Source of the DNA: Nemertoderma westbladi
Taxonomy: Eukaryota > Animalia > Xenacoelomorpha
Length of the DNA stretch: 64,000 bases
Direction of reading: 5' to 3'
Assembly: GCA_032718475.1 (NCBI GenBank)
Contig: JAUCBJ010005512.1
Span: 62,001 to 126,000, forward strand
A program made the position numbers and the translations under genes. The notes under the pieces are model-generated. The model saw only the letters and a list, made by a program, of their open reading frames with translations, was not told the origin of the DNA and did not search any database. Below are positions 12,455 through 24,807 of the stretch, piece by piece (the first letter of the stretch is position 1; each line of letters starts with the position of its first letter).

Positions 12455-15058
12455 CCCTCGTAAGTATACCTCAAAATAGTTACACGTCAGCTAACCTGGG
12501 GTAGATTTTTACCCCAAATTAATATATTTGAATTTTGGTGTATTTCTATCAAAAACTCAGCATCTATTCAAGAATTTATCATTTATTAATATCTGATATT
12601 GAATCTAGTGAAAGTAAATATCAGTAGGCCTATGTATGTATGTGTATGTCAGTCTGTCGGTCAATTGAGTACCTACATAGTATAATATACGGGCCTAGTA
12701 CAGTAGTAGTGAAAATATTGGTAGATACAGTAATTACCAATTACCGTTATTCATTTATTTATTATACATTCACTATTCACAGAGAGTGACAGACAGACAT
12801 TATTCAGTTATATGCAGTTACTATTCATTGCCCGTAACACACTCATGGCAAATTATATCGGTGTGATCTCTGCATATGTTTCGTTGACACCGACCACATA
12901 GCTTGGAAGACTTACGATCCAGAGCGCGAGGGCACAGGTGGCATCGACCTGCCTTAGCCTGTTCCTGATTCCTAGGAATGGATGGGATTTCAAATCCCAT
13001 CAGTGCCAGACTACTCTTTACACCTTTCTGCAAGGCACAAGGGTTATCTAATCTTAGCAATTGGACCGGGCGAATGAGCTCCAACCCAAGATCGACGAGG
13101 AATTTCCGTCGTTTCTGCCCCAAACCTTTATGCCAATCAGGATAAAGTTTCGTCCATATAACAAATGCTGCAACCCCAGCAACGTCCAGCATATTCATAA
13201 ATAAAGCCAAAGGCCAGCGACGTGTAGCTCGTTTACATGTACAAAGTCTCATCAGGCTGTCAGGTGATCCATATTATCAACGCCTGACTTACTATTATTG
13301 TAGTGCAGAATAATGTCTGGTTTGTATTTTATCGCAACATCAACCTTAGTGTCGTGGTGCATTGAACTAATGAGCACAACAGCACGAGCTTTCTTGGGAA
13401 CATAGCTAACCATGGTGAGGTTTCTATCGAATCCAAATGTAGATGATAATACCTCACGACTCCTATTTGGCAACATTGCCTTGGGGACATCCCTCCTGTT
13501 CTTTCTGATCGTTCCAACTAGTGTGGTATCCACAGCAAGTAGATCTTCCGCCAATTTGCAATCCGTAAAGAAATTGTCACATGTGACATTTCGCCCAGAA
13601 CGTGTCCATGGTCTCGTTAGAGATTTCACCACGCTCACTCCAAGGCCTTGCGCTCTCTCTGCCCCAGGCTGTCGCCCCAGGTATATTTCACCGTTCAATG
13701 GGTATGAAGAACTGGCATCGCAATTCCAGAATATCTTCACCCCATACTTGCCTGGTTTGGAAGGAATATACTGGATGAAGGGGCAGCGACCACGAAATGA
13801 AACGAGTTGTTCATCGACTGTCATATCAAAGCCTGGTTGGTACATCAGTGGGAGCCTGGCTAAGAACATCTCCCAGACATCCCTGAAGGCAGCGAGCTTA
13901 TCAGTTTCTTTACGTTCTGGGCGGGTGTTGATATTGTCGAACCGAGTGAATCGTAGAATGTTCTTGAACCGCATCAATGACATGGTGGACCGAAATACTG
14001 GGCGGGATGACGGGCTCCAGAGTTCCTCAACAGATTCGTGGGCAGATTTGTATACCCCGGCCAAAAGCAGCAAACCGATAAAAGCCCGAATATCGGCCGA
14101 GTCAACACGCCCCCATACTTTTGGATCCCGTGCTGGATTAGCCGTATTCCAATCCAAAAGGACTTTCTGTGCGCGGCGATTTGTTTCACGGACAACAACC
14201 AAGATGATATCATCTGTTATGAAGAGATCATAACTCTCTGCGATTCCCTGTACTCGTCCCTGGCGACTAACTCCACTTGATTGCTTTACCACATTACTTG
14301 AACTAGCCCGGACTGTAGCTGGCTGATTTGGCTCCGCATTCCACTCTCGACCACTCTTTGAAACGTATGTAATGCGACGCTGTTGTGTGGGTGGTTGGGG
14401 AATCGAAATTCCAAATTCATCGTCAACTGCAGCATCAGTTTCGCAATCTGAACTGTTGTCAGTGTCGGAACCAACAGCAATGTCTGTTTCACACCCATAG
14501 TCGCTTTCATCAGGGCTATCTTCATCGGAAAGCAGATCATATCCATCAATCTCAGAGTCGGAGGAAGCCATACCGGTAGTAAGAATAATAGTAAGAACAG
14601 AACAGTATTGTAGGTACCTACTACTGGCAACCGGTACGGTACCGGTATCACAAACTGCTAGGAGCTCAATATACTGAAGTAGCTAGCTGGCTAGGGCATA
14701 GGGCCTAACTGCACAATTATTGTATTTCCGGTACTGGTATGGGTAGGCTATTAGTAATATGAGTACCGGTACAGCGGTATGGTTTATTACTATAGATAGG
14801 CCTAATTTAGCAGTACTCAACTGCGTTTTGATTGGGGTAAATATATACCCCAGGTTAACTTTTGGGACAACTTTTGAAAACGTTGATTTTAACCATGGAC
14901 CCCCCGCAGTTTCCAAAATTATTTTTGTGCTGTCGTGTAGGCCAGTAAAAGTTAGGAAGGTACCTAGGAGCTCAGGTTGTCAAATATTTCCATTCCAAGA
15001 TAAAAACGCAATTAAACAGTGCTGGGGTAATTTTTTACCCCAAGTATACTGACGAAGG
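12455..15058 (-). mobile_element. piggyBac DNA transposon
   Basis: TTAA|CCCTCGTAAGTATACC ... AGTATACTGACGAAGG|TTAA; encodes a PGBD-type transposase. Confidence 0.92.
12821..14571 (-). pseudogene. piggyBac transposase (PGBD4-like), frameshifted by an 8-bp insertion near 13255
   Basis: Catalytic motifs TVDEQL, CDNFFT, GVDNMD, plus KPGKYGVK, RRWP and a C-terminal Cys-rich domain. Removing ACAGCCTG restores DHLMRLCTCKR. Confidence 0.9.
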
Positions 15059-15273
15059 TTAAGTGTATTATAGAGAGCTTATTTATGGCTTATAACCTGT
15101 ACATACAGACATATACTAATTCGTTTATTGTTTTGGTTATATTCAGCCCTTCTGTAACCTGTGTTTTTGGTGAAAACCTGGTATTCTTCACATGGGGGTA
15201 ACTGCAAAGTGAAATATAACGGCAAAGTCTGGTATTCTTAGCCCATGTGAAGAATACCAGAATACCTTACTAC

Positions 15274-16206
15274 TAGGGTTTTTAAAAAACATCATTTTAA
15301 AAATCTGTGATGTTTTAATTGTTTTTTTTGTTTTTTAAAATGTTTTTTTTGTTTTAAATGTTTTTTTTGTTTTTTTTTTAAACAAGGTATTTTTCCGATA
15401 AAAAATATATTTTGAGTTGCTGTAGAGGCTAGGCCTAGTACTTTTCTATCTCTAAAGTTAACATAGGTACATACAGGCCTACTATGAGTACTATGTGACA
15501 AAGCCAGACCACATAACTTCTTCAAATACAGTCCAACAGTGCAAACAGCCTACCTATCAGCCTATAACAGTATAATACTGTCTGACTGTTAAAAGATATA
15601 ATAGCCTACTGTAACAACTGTAATACCAGAATAATTCTTAGGCCTATATCAGTATATGGCATTTGAATGTAGTATTGTCTACCTGTACTGTGTAGGTTAG
15701 GTAGTCCTGCCCTTAACTGTTATGGTTGTGGTAACGGTACCTGAAATAGTGAACTATAATACTTTTTTATCCTCAAACTTTTTGTGCTGGCTGTTTGTGA
15801 ACTATAATACTTTTTTATCCTCAAACTTTTTGTGCTGGCTGTTTGTGAACTATAATACTTTTTTATGCAGTATTTTTTGTGAACTATAGTACTTTTTTAT
15901 GCTGGTTTTTTGTGAACTACCGGTATTATCTGATTATACTTTTTTGTACTCAAACTTTTTGTGATGATTTATTGTAAGCTATAGTGTAGTACATTTTGCA
16001 GTTTTGTGAACTATATAGTACTTTTTGTGCTGTTTTTTATCAACTATAGTACTTTTTGTGTTTAAACTGCCGATAAGGTGAAAAAAATAAAAAAAAACAA
16101 AAAAAAAACAAAAAAAACAGTGTTTTTTAAAAATTAATAAAAAACAAAAAAAACATTGTTTTAAAACATTTGTTTTAAAACATGGTGATGTTTTTTAAAA
16201 ACCCTA
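15274..16206. mobile_element. hAT-type MITE
   Basis: TIR TAGGGTTTTTAAAAAACATCA; 8-bp TSD CTTACTAC (15266-15273, 16207-16214); internal short tandem repeats at 15750-16060. Confidence 0.8.
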
Positions 16207-19109
16207 CTTACTACTACATAATAGTACTTAACTAATTATGTTTATGCTAATTATTTATCAGCCTATTATTGCCACATGGGTGTGTGGGTGGATGGGAATG
16301 TGGGAAGGTGCCCGGTGGTTGTTTATTGTTTTGGTTAGAAAAGTCAGCCGCGGTAACATTCTCCTTTCTCTCAATTGGTAGGTATCAAAATCGTTTATTG
16401 TTTTGGTTAGAAAACCCTGTCTCTGTAACCTCTGAACCTGTTCCTTTCCCTCAATTGGTAGGTAACAATTGTCGTTTATTGTTTTGGTTAGAAATTACAG
16501 CCGCTGTATCCTGCTCTTTTCCTTCAATTGGAAGGTAACAACAGCGTTTATTAATTCCCACATCCCCATCCACCTTCCCGTACGTATTCAGATATTCCTT
16601 CATCGTCTAGGCATACTGTAAACACCACTGTATCAGCTGGCAATATGGGTTTCTTCATATACACACTAGGCCTACCCAGTAGGCTTAGAGATACCCCTCC
16701 CTGCCTTCCCTTTCTGCCTTTAGTGTAACAAACCTTCATCCTATATCGCATTTTTAATATAATATATAAATATAATTACATGCCTTTGTGCACTTAGATG
16801 CATACCGGTATGCCTGTACTGCTACTTCATATGATGATACTGATACTGATACTTAACAGGGCAACGTGAAACGTGATCCCCTATTCAGCTACTGGCCATT
16901 TACCTAACAGACAGTTAGGTAAATATTATATCTCTTTCTCCTGATTGGTTGTAGGATCAGATGCTGTCAGATCAGATCAGATCAGATCAGATAAGGACAG
17001 ACGTTTTATTCTACCTCTGTCTACTGTCTGTACTGTACTGTCTGTACTGCATTGGATTACTTTTATTACCGAATTGAGTAGTATATACTGACTGACTGAT
17101 ATAGACTAGGCCTAAATATGTAAGGGACCCTCAGAATAGGATAGTCAGTTACATAAGGCCGGACTTTGGCTATACAGCTATTGCTATAGTACCGTAATAT
17201 AATACAGTAATAGTATATATATGCAAATGTAATAATATGTATATATAAACGTATGTATATTGTATGTATGTATGTAATGTATGTATATATAAATGTATGT
17301 AATATATATATATATGTAATATAATACCGTATATATATATATATATTATAATTAAATTATTATATTAATAATTATATTAATAATAATAATATATATTTAT
17401 AATATATATAATATAAATAAATATACTTAAATATACGATGTATATTTCCTACCTACTCTACATGTATAATAAATAGATAGATACCGGTACATGTACAAAA
17501 ATACTTACAATAACAATATGCAATAGGCCTACTTACATAGGCCTAATACATACATAATTATATGTATAAACATTGATAAATCAGTAAATTTGGCTGTATC
17601 TTGTATATTTTTAATTTGTTTTTGTTTGTTTACATTTATTTGAGTTTAGTTGAGAAATAGTGAATAGAGTGAATCTGAGATTTATATAATATATTGAATT
17701 ATTACCAACTCATCATACGCAATTCATCAGTCACCTGCCTGCTCTAAATTTGTCCCTTAAGAACAATTTTATTGGTAAATGTGAGACAAGAAGGGAAACC
17801 GAAGTCTTTTCTCTCTTGGCTCTTACCTAAAGGCAGGGAAGGGAGGAGGACACTCCGCTCGAATGAGTTTGTGCGCTGAATAATATTCCACCCAGAATGA
17901 GTCTTGGACTTCTGTGACAGTGTAATTGGTGATCTGGCGTTTTACTGTAATTGAAGGATTTACTGCATAGAAATGGATAGACAGAAAAACGAACAGACAG
18001 ACCGACAAACGAACAGACAGACAGATGGCAGGTTGGTTTACAAATTATTGACATTAACTAATTGTGTTTGCTTAGAAATTTAAAACAAAAAAAGTTGTGC
18101 AAATCGGAAAATTGTATGAATTCAGACTTTCATGTAGGCCTACTAGTGTTTTTAAATTGTGGAAAGACAGACAAACAGACAGGTAGACCACTGAACAGAC
18201 CCCCACCCCACCCCCTGACAACATGGCAGCATGGTTATACATGTATTCGGGTCTTGGGCACCTTTCTATAATGTAAACTATAGATTTGTAGAGCAAACAG
18301 ACATAGGAAGAGACAAATTTATACTCTGTCCGGAAATTGGACACCTGCCCAAATACCGGACAACCCAATCTTGTAAAAAAAGTGCCCATTTGCGCCCATT
18401 AGATGGCGCTGGGCACTCAATGTTAAGATTTTATTTTGATGTAGGATAATCTGATAATGTCCTGTACTGTTAGAATCATCTTTTGATTGGATGAAACTAA
18501 ACTATGGTTGAGCTACAATAGAGAGAAATTCGAAATTCTGTCCGGAATTGGGGTATCCAGGTATCCTACCCTAGCTGTACCGGTATAGGGTTGGAAAAAT
18601 AAGACTGTAACCTGTGTTCTTTGGCTATCGTTTATTGTTTTGGTTTGAAAAGCCTGCTACTGTAACCTGCTCCTTTCCATTAATTAAGAAATCTGATTTT
18701 GTATGCTGTCTGGCAGTATGGGTGGGTAGGCGTAGGCTTACCGGTAAACCGGTGGCAGTCTGGCAGTAGGTCATTACTGCATTAGGCCTAAAAAAAGTGA
18801 AAATTGAAATTTTTTTTGAAAAAAGTGAAAACTGAAAAGTGAAACTCTTCTTACAATTAGGCCCTAACCTAAATCTTATTGTAGTTACATTGTTTATGAA
18901 AAACATTTTTTTTTGTCTTTTTGGGTACCGGTAGTTTTTTGGGTAATTTTATGTTTTTTTGTGTATTTTTGTGTTTTTTTGGGTAATGTTGTGTTTTCTT
19001 GGGTAATTCGTAGGACCCTTCATTCGACTGTTCAATGCTAATTATAAATTTATTACAGTACCGCCGGCGGTAGCGGTACTACTGTACTAGGCCCTCTACG
19101 CTCTATATA

Positions 19110-19660
19110 CAGTACATATTATATTTTGCTGTGCTTTTTGCTATACTTGTACGTTTATACTGCCAATCTAATCTACATTACTGCGTTTTTAGACTACTTG
19201 ACATATGCAGTAATGTGAGTTTTGCTATTCTCTCTCATACGGTTTTTAGTGCGTTTTTACTTTTAACAATACCGCATGTTGCAATGTTTTTAGAGTATAT
19301 AGAGATACAGTGCATACCATACCGGTATTATATTTTGCTGTGCTTTTTGTTATACTTGTACGTTTTTACTGCCAATCTACATTACTGCGTTTTTAGACTA
19401 CTGTACGTACATAATATATTTTAATGTGAGTTTTGCTATTCTCATACGTTTTTAGGGCGTTTTTACTTTTAACAATACCGGCTGACCGGTTGCAATGTTT
19501 TTAGATTATATACAGTACAGCAGTAACAGTACATGATATATTTTGCTGTGCTTTTTGATATACTTGTCAGCTTGTACGTTTTCACTGCCAATCTACATTA
19601 CTGCTGTTCTGCATTTTTAGACGACTGTATACATAATATATTTTAATGTGATCTTGCTAT
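19110..19660. repeat. Degenerate tandem triplication, ~210-bp unit
   Basis: ATATTTTGCTGTGCTTTTTG..ACTGCCAATCTA..CATTACTGC..TAATGTGA occurs three times. Confidence 0.8.
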
Positions 19661-20006
19661 TCTTCTGTCAGTCTGCAGGTCTGTCAGTCTGTGTGCAGTG
19701 TGTGTAGGGTGGTTAATATTTCAAAATAATGGTGTATAAATGTTACCTTAGCTAACTACTGGTATGTGAACGTATATTTATCCTATACAGATGTTTTAAT
19801 GCGTCATTAAATAAACTTCAAACTTCTGTAGGAATCTGTGGAAAAGGCTACGGCCAACGGCTGTACGGTAGACTGGTAGACTCTAAATATAATCTAGGCA
19901 CTGCCTTTTCCGTTAATCGTCTTTCAGTCATTTAATTAAATTTACAGTGCTTACTACTGTACTACAGTTTGTTGTACTACTGCAGTATTTACTATTCCAT
20001 TCCATG

Positions 20007-21655
20007 GGGTGCATGTAAAGAGCGGACTGCGGACTGGCGGACTACGGACTGGGGATTGCCAAAATCCGCGCGGTCAATTTGAATTATCGACTTCCAAACT
20101 AAGAATCCGCTCTTAGTTGTCTGGACAAATGGCGGACTGAAGCCTGTAAATTGTAACCTGATTGGCTCAATCATGTACATGGCTGAAGCTGAAAGGGACT
20201 TAAAGAATGAATCATCCCATTTGGCTTTTAAATGCTTACCATTGTGCAACACTGTAATACAGGAAATAATTATCCTATACAGTAATTACGTGGACTGTTG
20301 ATTAAGGGCCTACTATATAATCAACATTCTACGGATTTTCAGATTATTTATTTCAATAAATATTTTTATATACTTCCTGCCTTTAGAGTTTATGTCACAG
20401 TTGTCTGTTCGCAAATATAAAAGAGCGAATATTCGGACATCCTAAGCGCAGGAGCTGGGGGAAGTTCTTCTCTGTGCTGGGGGTAAGAGAGCGTAAGAAA
20501 AGGGGGAACAGGGGCAAAGAAAAGGGGTGTGGATCTATAAATAGCATCCAATAGGACGCATCTAATTACTGGCATTTAATTCTGTCCAAATTTTTATGAC
20601 AGCCTTAAAATGAAAACCACGAACACCTGATCGGCTAGTGCTTTTTTTAATGCTTTTTTAGTGTGGGCTGTGATATCCTACATATCTGACATACGATTAA
20701 CTGGGCCCATGTGAAGTATACCAGACTTTCTGCCGTTATATTTCACTTTGCAGTTACCCCCATGTGAAGAATACCAGGTTTTCACCAAAAATACAGGTTA
20801 CAGAAGGGCTGAATCTAACCAAAACAATAAACAAATTAGTATATGTACAGGTTATAAGACAGAAATTAGCGATGTAAAACACTTAATAAAGATAAATTAA
20901 AAAAAATAAAAAATCTTCATATATAAAATTCCGATAAAAAGTCGACCGAAAAGTGAAATCCTGGTATTCTTCACATGGGCGATTAACTGTGGGGCGAGCA
21001 ACGTAAGTCCAGGTGAGCCTTAGCATATCGCATATCAGCATATCAGCATATGGGTATAAGTGGTGGACCCGTCTGTCGTTGTCATCGTCGGAAATGTTGA
21101 ACGCTAATAAGTCGGTCAATCTTGGAAAAATAATGTTTCACAACTAGTATGTACGACAAAATTTAAGTAACAAACAAACAATGAATATCTTATAACGTCG
21201 CGGTTCACACCTTTAAGCAATTAGCATAACTCTGCTTCGGCAGCAGAAGTACATACTACAGTCTGACAGTAGTCCCAAAGTCTTCATCCAAAGTAGAGTT
21301 ACGAATGAATCATGCTTAAAAGAGTGAACCGGCCTTAACCTGAGGGATTTTATTGAAAGTTCAAGAGTTCTTCCTACTGCCTACATAATAGGTTTTCAAA
21401 ATAATAGGTTTCCATCTCTGTGTCACAATGAAAACATTTAAGCCAATAAGAGGATTCAGGAAACTTCCCTTTTGGCCTATGTAAATGATTGAGCCAATCA
21501 GGTTAAAATTTTCTGGCTTCAGTCCGCCGTTTGTCCAGACAACAAAGAGCGGATTCTTACATTATAATGCTATAATTCAAATTGACCGCGCATATTTGGG
21601 CTTTTAATTGACAATCCACAGTCCGTAGTCCGCAGTCCGCTCTTTACATGCACCC
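20007..21655. mobile_element. Non-autonomous Mutator-like element just upstream of CHID1
   Basis: ~160-bp TIRs GGGTGCATGTAAAGAGCGGACTGCGGACT; 9-bp TSD CATTCCATG (19998-20006, 21656-21664). Confidence 0.85.
20704..20980. mobile_element. MITE D family, intact copy with empty TTAA site
   Basis: TIR GCCCATGTGAAG(T/A)ATACCAG; 9-bp TSD GATTAACTG; single TTAA at 20883-20886 where the other copy holds the piggyBac. Confidence 0.85.
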
Positions 21656-21792
21656 CATTCCATGTATAGGCTGATACTGGATACCCTACCCGTAGGACAG
21701 TGCCGTAGGAGCATCGCTAAGTCTACCGCCAGTTGAGGCTTGAAGTAAATTGAAGAATAGACCTACGAAGGTGTGATTAAGAATAATCAACC

Positions 21793-23025
21793 ATGTTGCT
21801 GATTAGTACCGGTAAACTTGTAACCATGGTAGTGGCGATTTCATTATCTTGTGAGGCAACACTGGGCCCTTCTGATAGAAAACAAAAATCCAAAAATAAA
21901 GATACTTTATTAAACAGCGACCAAAACGGCGTTTCTAAGGGAACCAGTTTATCTGTTATAGACCGCGGTTTAGTCACTACAACTCCTCTCGCTAAGGATA
22001 TATTAGCGAACCATGCGAGTTACTGCGAACCGTGCAGAACCAGCAAGACCTTCCGCAGTCCCACTCTCGCCTACGTCACACCCTGGCACAACCACGGCTA
22101 CGAAGTCGCGAAGCTGTTCGCTTCCAAGTTCGACTACGTCTCCCCGGTGTGGCTGCAGATTGTTCCCAGTTCGGATTCCTCGGTTCGATTCACGTTGGGC
22201 GGCACGCAAGATATTGACCGCGCGTGGATGCGTGACGTAAAACAAGCCGCCAAAAAGCCGCACAAAGTTAAGTTCGTACCGCGAGTGCTCTTCGAAGGCT
22301 GGACTAATCAACACTACACGGCGGCTCTAAAAGACGATTCAGTCATGTCTGACATAGCTGATCTCCTCGTGGAAACCGCGAAAACCTACAGTTTCCACGG
22401 CTACGTTCTAGAATGCTGGAGCCCGAATCTAGCTAAATACCATTCGCAAGAGTTGATTCGATTAATATCCCAGATTGGGGATATTCTTCGGATGGCGAGG
22501 AGGGAATTAATCGTCGTAATTCCTCCGGCTTTAGACGCCAATCTCACGGCGACTGGGGCATTTACCCGGGAACACATGAACGCCCTCGAGCCCCACGTGA
22601 AGCTGTTCTCTTTGATGACGTACGATTTCCAACACGGAGACAGACCCAACGTCCCGGGGCCGGTGTCCCCATCCTATTGGATGGTTGAGAACGCGCGATA
22701 CTTGGCGACTACGGAGGAGTTATTCCCGCGGATTCTCACCGGGATGAACTTGTACGGGAAGCGATACTCCGACGGCTTGGTGGAGGCCGTGACGGGAGCC
22801 CAACTTCTCGGGCTGCTTGCCTCGCCCGGGGTGAAGTTTAAGTGGCACAGCCAGTTGGAGGAGCACGAGATTCGCTTCTCCTCAAAGACAGGAGGTTCGG
22901 TAGTCATCTTCTACCCGACTCTCGAATCTATTCGCAGTAAGTTAGCGCGTATCTCCGAGATTGGTGCTGGTCTGTCCCTATGGGAGGTCGGACAGGGGAT
23001 GGACTACTTCTACGATCTGTTGTAG
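21793..23025 (+). CDS. CHID1: Chitinase domain-containing protein 1 (GH18-like), intronless
   Basis: Signal-peptide-like N-terminus; LAYVTPWHNHGYEVAKLFASKFDYVSPVWLQ, PRVLFEGW, FSLMTYD, FYPTLESI and terminal GLSLWEVGQGMDYFYDLL match the CHID1 family signature. Confidence 0.92.
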   Translation: MLLISTGKLVTMVVAISLSCEATLGPSDRKQKSKNKDTLLNSDQNGVSKGTSLSVIDRGLVTTTPLAKDILANHASYCEPCRTSKTFRSPTLAYVTPWHNHGYEVAKLFASKFDYVSPVWLQIVPSSDSSVRFTLGGTQDIDRAWMRDVKQAAKKPHKVKFVPRVLFEGWTNQHYTAALKDDSVMSDIADLLVETAKTYSFHGYVLECWSPNLAKYHSQELIRLISQIGDILRMARRELIVVIPPALDANLTATGAFTREHMNALEPHVKLFSLMTYDFQHGDRPNVPGPVSPSYWMVENARYLATTEELFPRILTGMNLYGKRYSDGLVEAVTGAQLLGLLASPGVKFKWHSQLEEHEIRFSSKTGGSVVIFYPTLESIRSKLARISEIGAGLSLWEVGQGMDYFYDLL

Positions 23026-23961
23026 AGAGCCATTGCCTTCTTTTCTGTGGAATATATATGTGGAATTTAGTTTCCCAAATATTTACAAATCAGTAAATAT
23101 ATTTGGGGGGGGGGGGGGGGGGGGGTGGTCTTGTTTTTGTTAATTCTGCTTTAAATTTATCATCATCGGATACTGACGTTGTTTCATCTCCTACAGTCGT
23201 ATAGGCTGTAGTGTGTAAAATAAAATGAGTTACAGCCAATTATTGCTGCTTGAAAAATTGTAAGTTTCAATGAAATTGATTATTGTGAAATTTTGACATT
23301 GTAAACATTTTGAAATTCCCTCTCTCATTTGGTCCCAGCAATGGAAAATAATAGACTATTACTATTAATTAATTATCATTTGTTTTGTGATTGTCCTGCA
23401 GTATGCAACTAATTTCGAAATCCTTCAGTAATAACTATTTGATTTACATGATTGTGTGTATAAAGTATCACTAGTTACTTTACAACAATTAAATGATCCG
23501 AGTATATTTTTACACGAACGACCGTAGGGAGTGAGATCAAATCAACCATGAAGAATTATAATAACTTGCAATAAATATGTGTAGTTTTCTTTCTAAATTG
23601 TAACTTTAAGAAGTAAATTTAAATGTAAGTTGTGGAGGGTAACTAACAAATTATAAAAAAAAAATCAAAAATAATATATAATAAATTATTATTATTTTTT
23701 TATTTCTATACCAAATAATATAATTAACTATGAATAACCAGACAATAATGGCACTGTCCATCCATATAAACAATAAACCATCACCTAGATAGTTGTTACG
23801 TTTTTAGAGTTATTAAGCAAGCTAATAAATTATTATTTTATAATTCAAAATTGATTAATTTTACATAATTGAATCTTAATTAATTAATTTATTTAATAAA
23901 ACAATCCGCTTATTCTAATGGAAAGGGTAATACATAGCCGCAACTCACAACAATGTTATTA

Positions 23962-24807
23962 AAAAAATTACTCAGAATCTAAGTTACAAAAAATTACTCA
24001 GAATCTAAGTTACAAAAAATTACTCAGAATCTAAGTTACAAAAAATTACTCAGAATCTAAATTACAAAAAATTACTCAGAATCTAAGTTACAAAAAATAA
24101 CTTAGAATCTAAGTTACAAAAAATTACTCAGAATCTAAATTACAAAAAATTACTCAGAATCTAAATTACAAAAAATTACTCAGAATCTAAATTACAAAAA
24201 ATTACTCAGAATCTAAGTTACAAAAAATTACTCAGAATCTAAGTTACAAAAAATTACTCAGAATCTAAATTACAAAAAATTACTCAGAATCTAAGTTACA
24301 AAAAATAACTTAGAATATAAGTTACAAAAAATTACTCAGAATCTAAGTTACTAAAAATTACTCAGAATCTAAATTACAAAAAATTACTCAGAATCTAAGT
24401 TACAAAAAATAACTCAGAATCTAAGTTTCGAATCTAAATTACAAAAAATTACTCAGAATCTAAGTTACAAAAAATAACTCAGAATCTAAGTTACAAAAAA
24501 TTACTCAGAATCTAAGTTACTAAAAATTACTCAGAATCTAAATTACAAAAAATTACTCAGAATCTAAATTACAAAAAATTACTCAGAATCTAAGTTACAA
24601 AAAATTACTTAGAATCTAAGTTACAAAAAATTACTCAGAATCTAAATTACAAAAAATTACTCAGAATCTAAGTTACAAAAAATAACTCAGAATCTAAGTT
24701 ACAAAAAATTACTCAGAATCTAAGTTACTAAAAATTACTCAGAATCTAAATTACAAAAAATTACTCAGAATCTAAGTTACAAAAAATAACTCAGAATCTA
24801 AGTTACA
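23962..24807. repeat. 26-bp minisatellite, ~32 copies
   Basis: Unit AAAAAATTACTCAGAATCTAA(G/A)TTAC in direct tandem, no spacers. Confidence 0.95.

Larger units (their letters stand above)
12354..15260. mobile_element. MITE D (GGCCCATGTGAAGAATACCAG family), split by the piggyBac
   Basis: 12354-12454 plus 15059-15240 match the reverse complement of the uninterrupted copy at 20704-20980. Confidence 0.75.
11909..17015. mobile_element. Non-autonomous Mutator-like element C
   Basis: Inverted TAAAACGTCTGTCCTTATCTGATCTGATCTGATCTGATCTGAC near both ends; TCTGTCTAC duplicated at 11900-11908 and 17016-17024. Confidence 0.65.
11775..18571. mobile_element. Non-autonomous TA-flanked (Tc1/mariner/pogo-like) element B
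   Basis: TA|GGGTAAGATACCCCAATTCCGGACA ... TGTCCGGAATTGGGGTATC(CAGGTATC)CTACCC|TA. Confidence 0.7.
11622..19018. mobile_element. Non-autonomous TIR DNA transposon A (outermost layer of nest)
   Basis: TIRs (C/G)GGTCCTACGAATTACC with A-rich subterminal repeats; TCATTCGA duplicated on both flanks (11614-11621, 19020-19027). Confidence 0.7.

Noticed and set aside
13412-14233. 273-aa antisense ORF over the piggyBac transposase, and other short antisense ORFs
   Set aside because: Shadow frames of real coding sequence with no recognisable motifs.
23962-24807. 26-bp array as a CRISPR array
   Set aside because: Head-to-tail units with no unique spacers, no cas genes, eukaryotic context.
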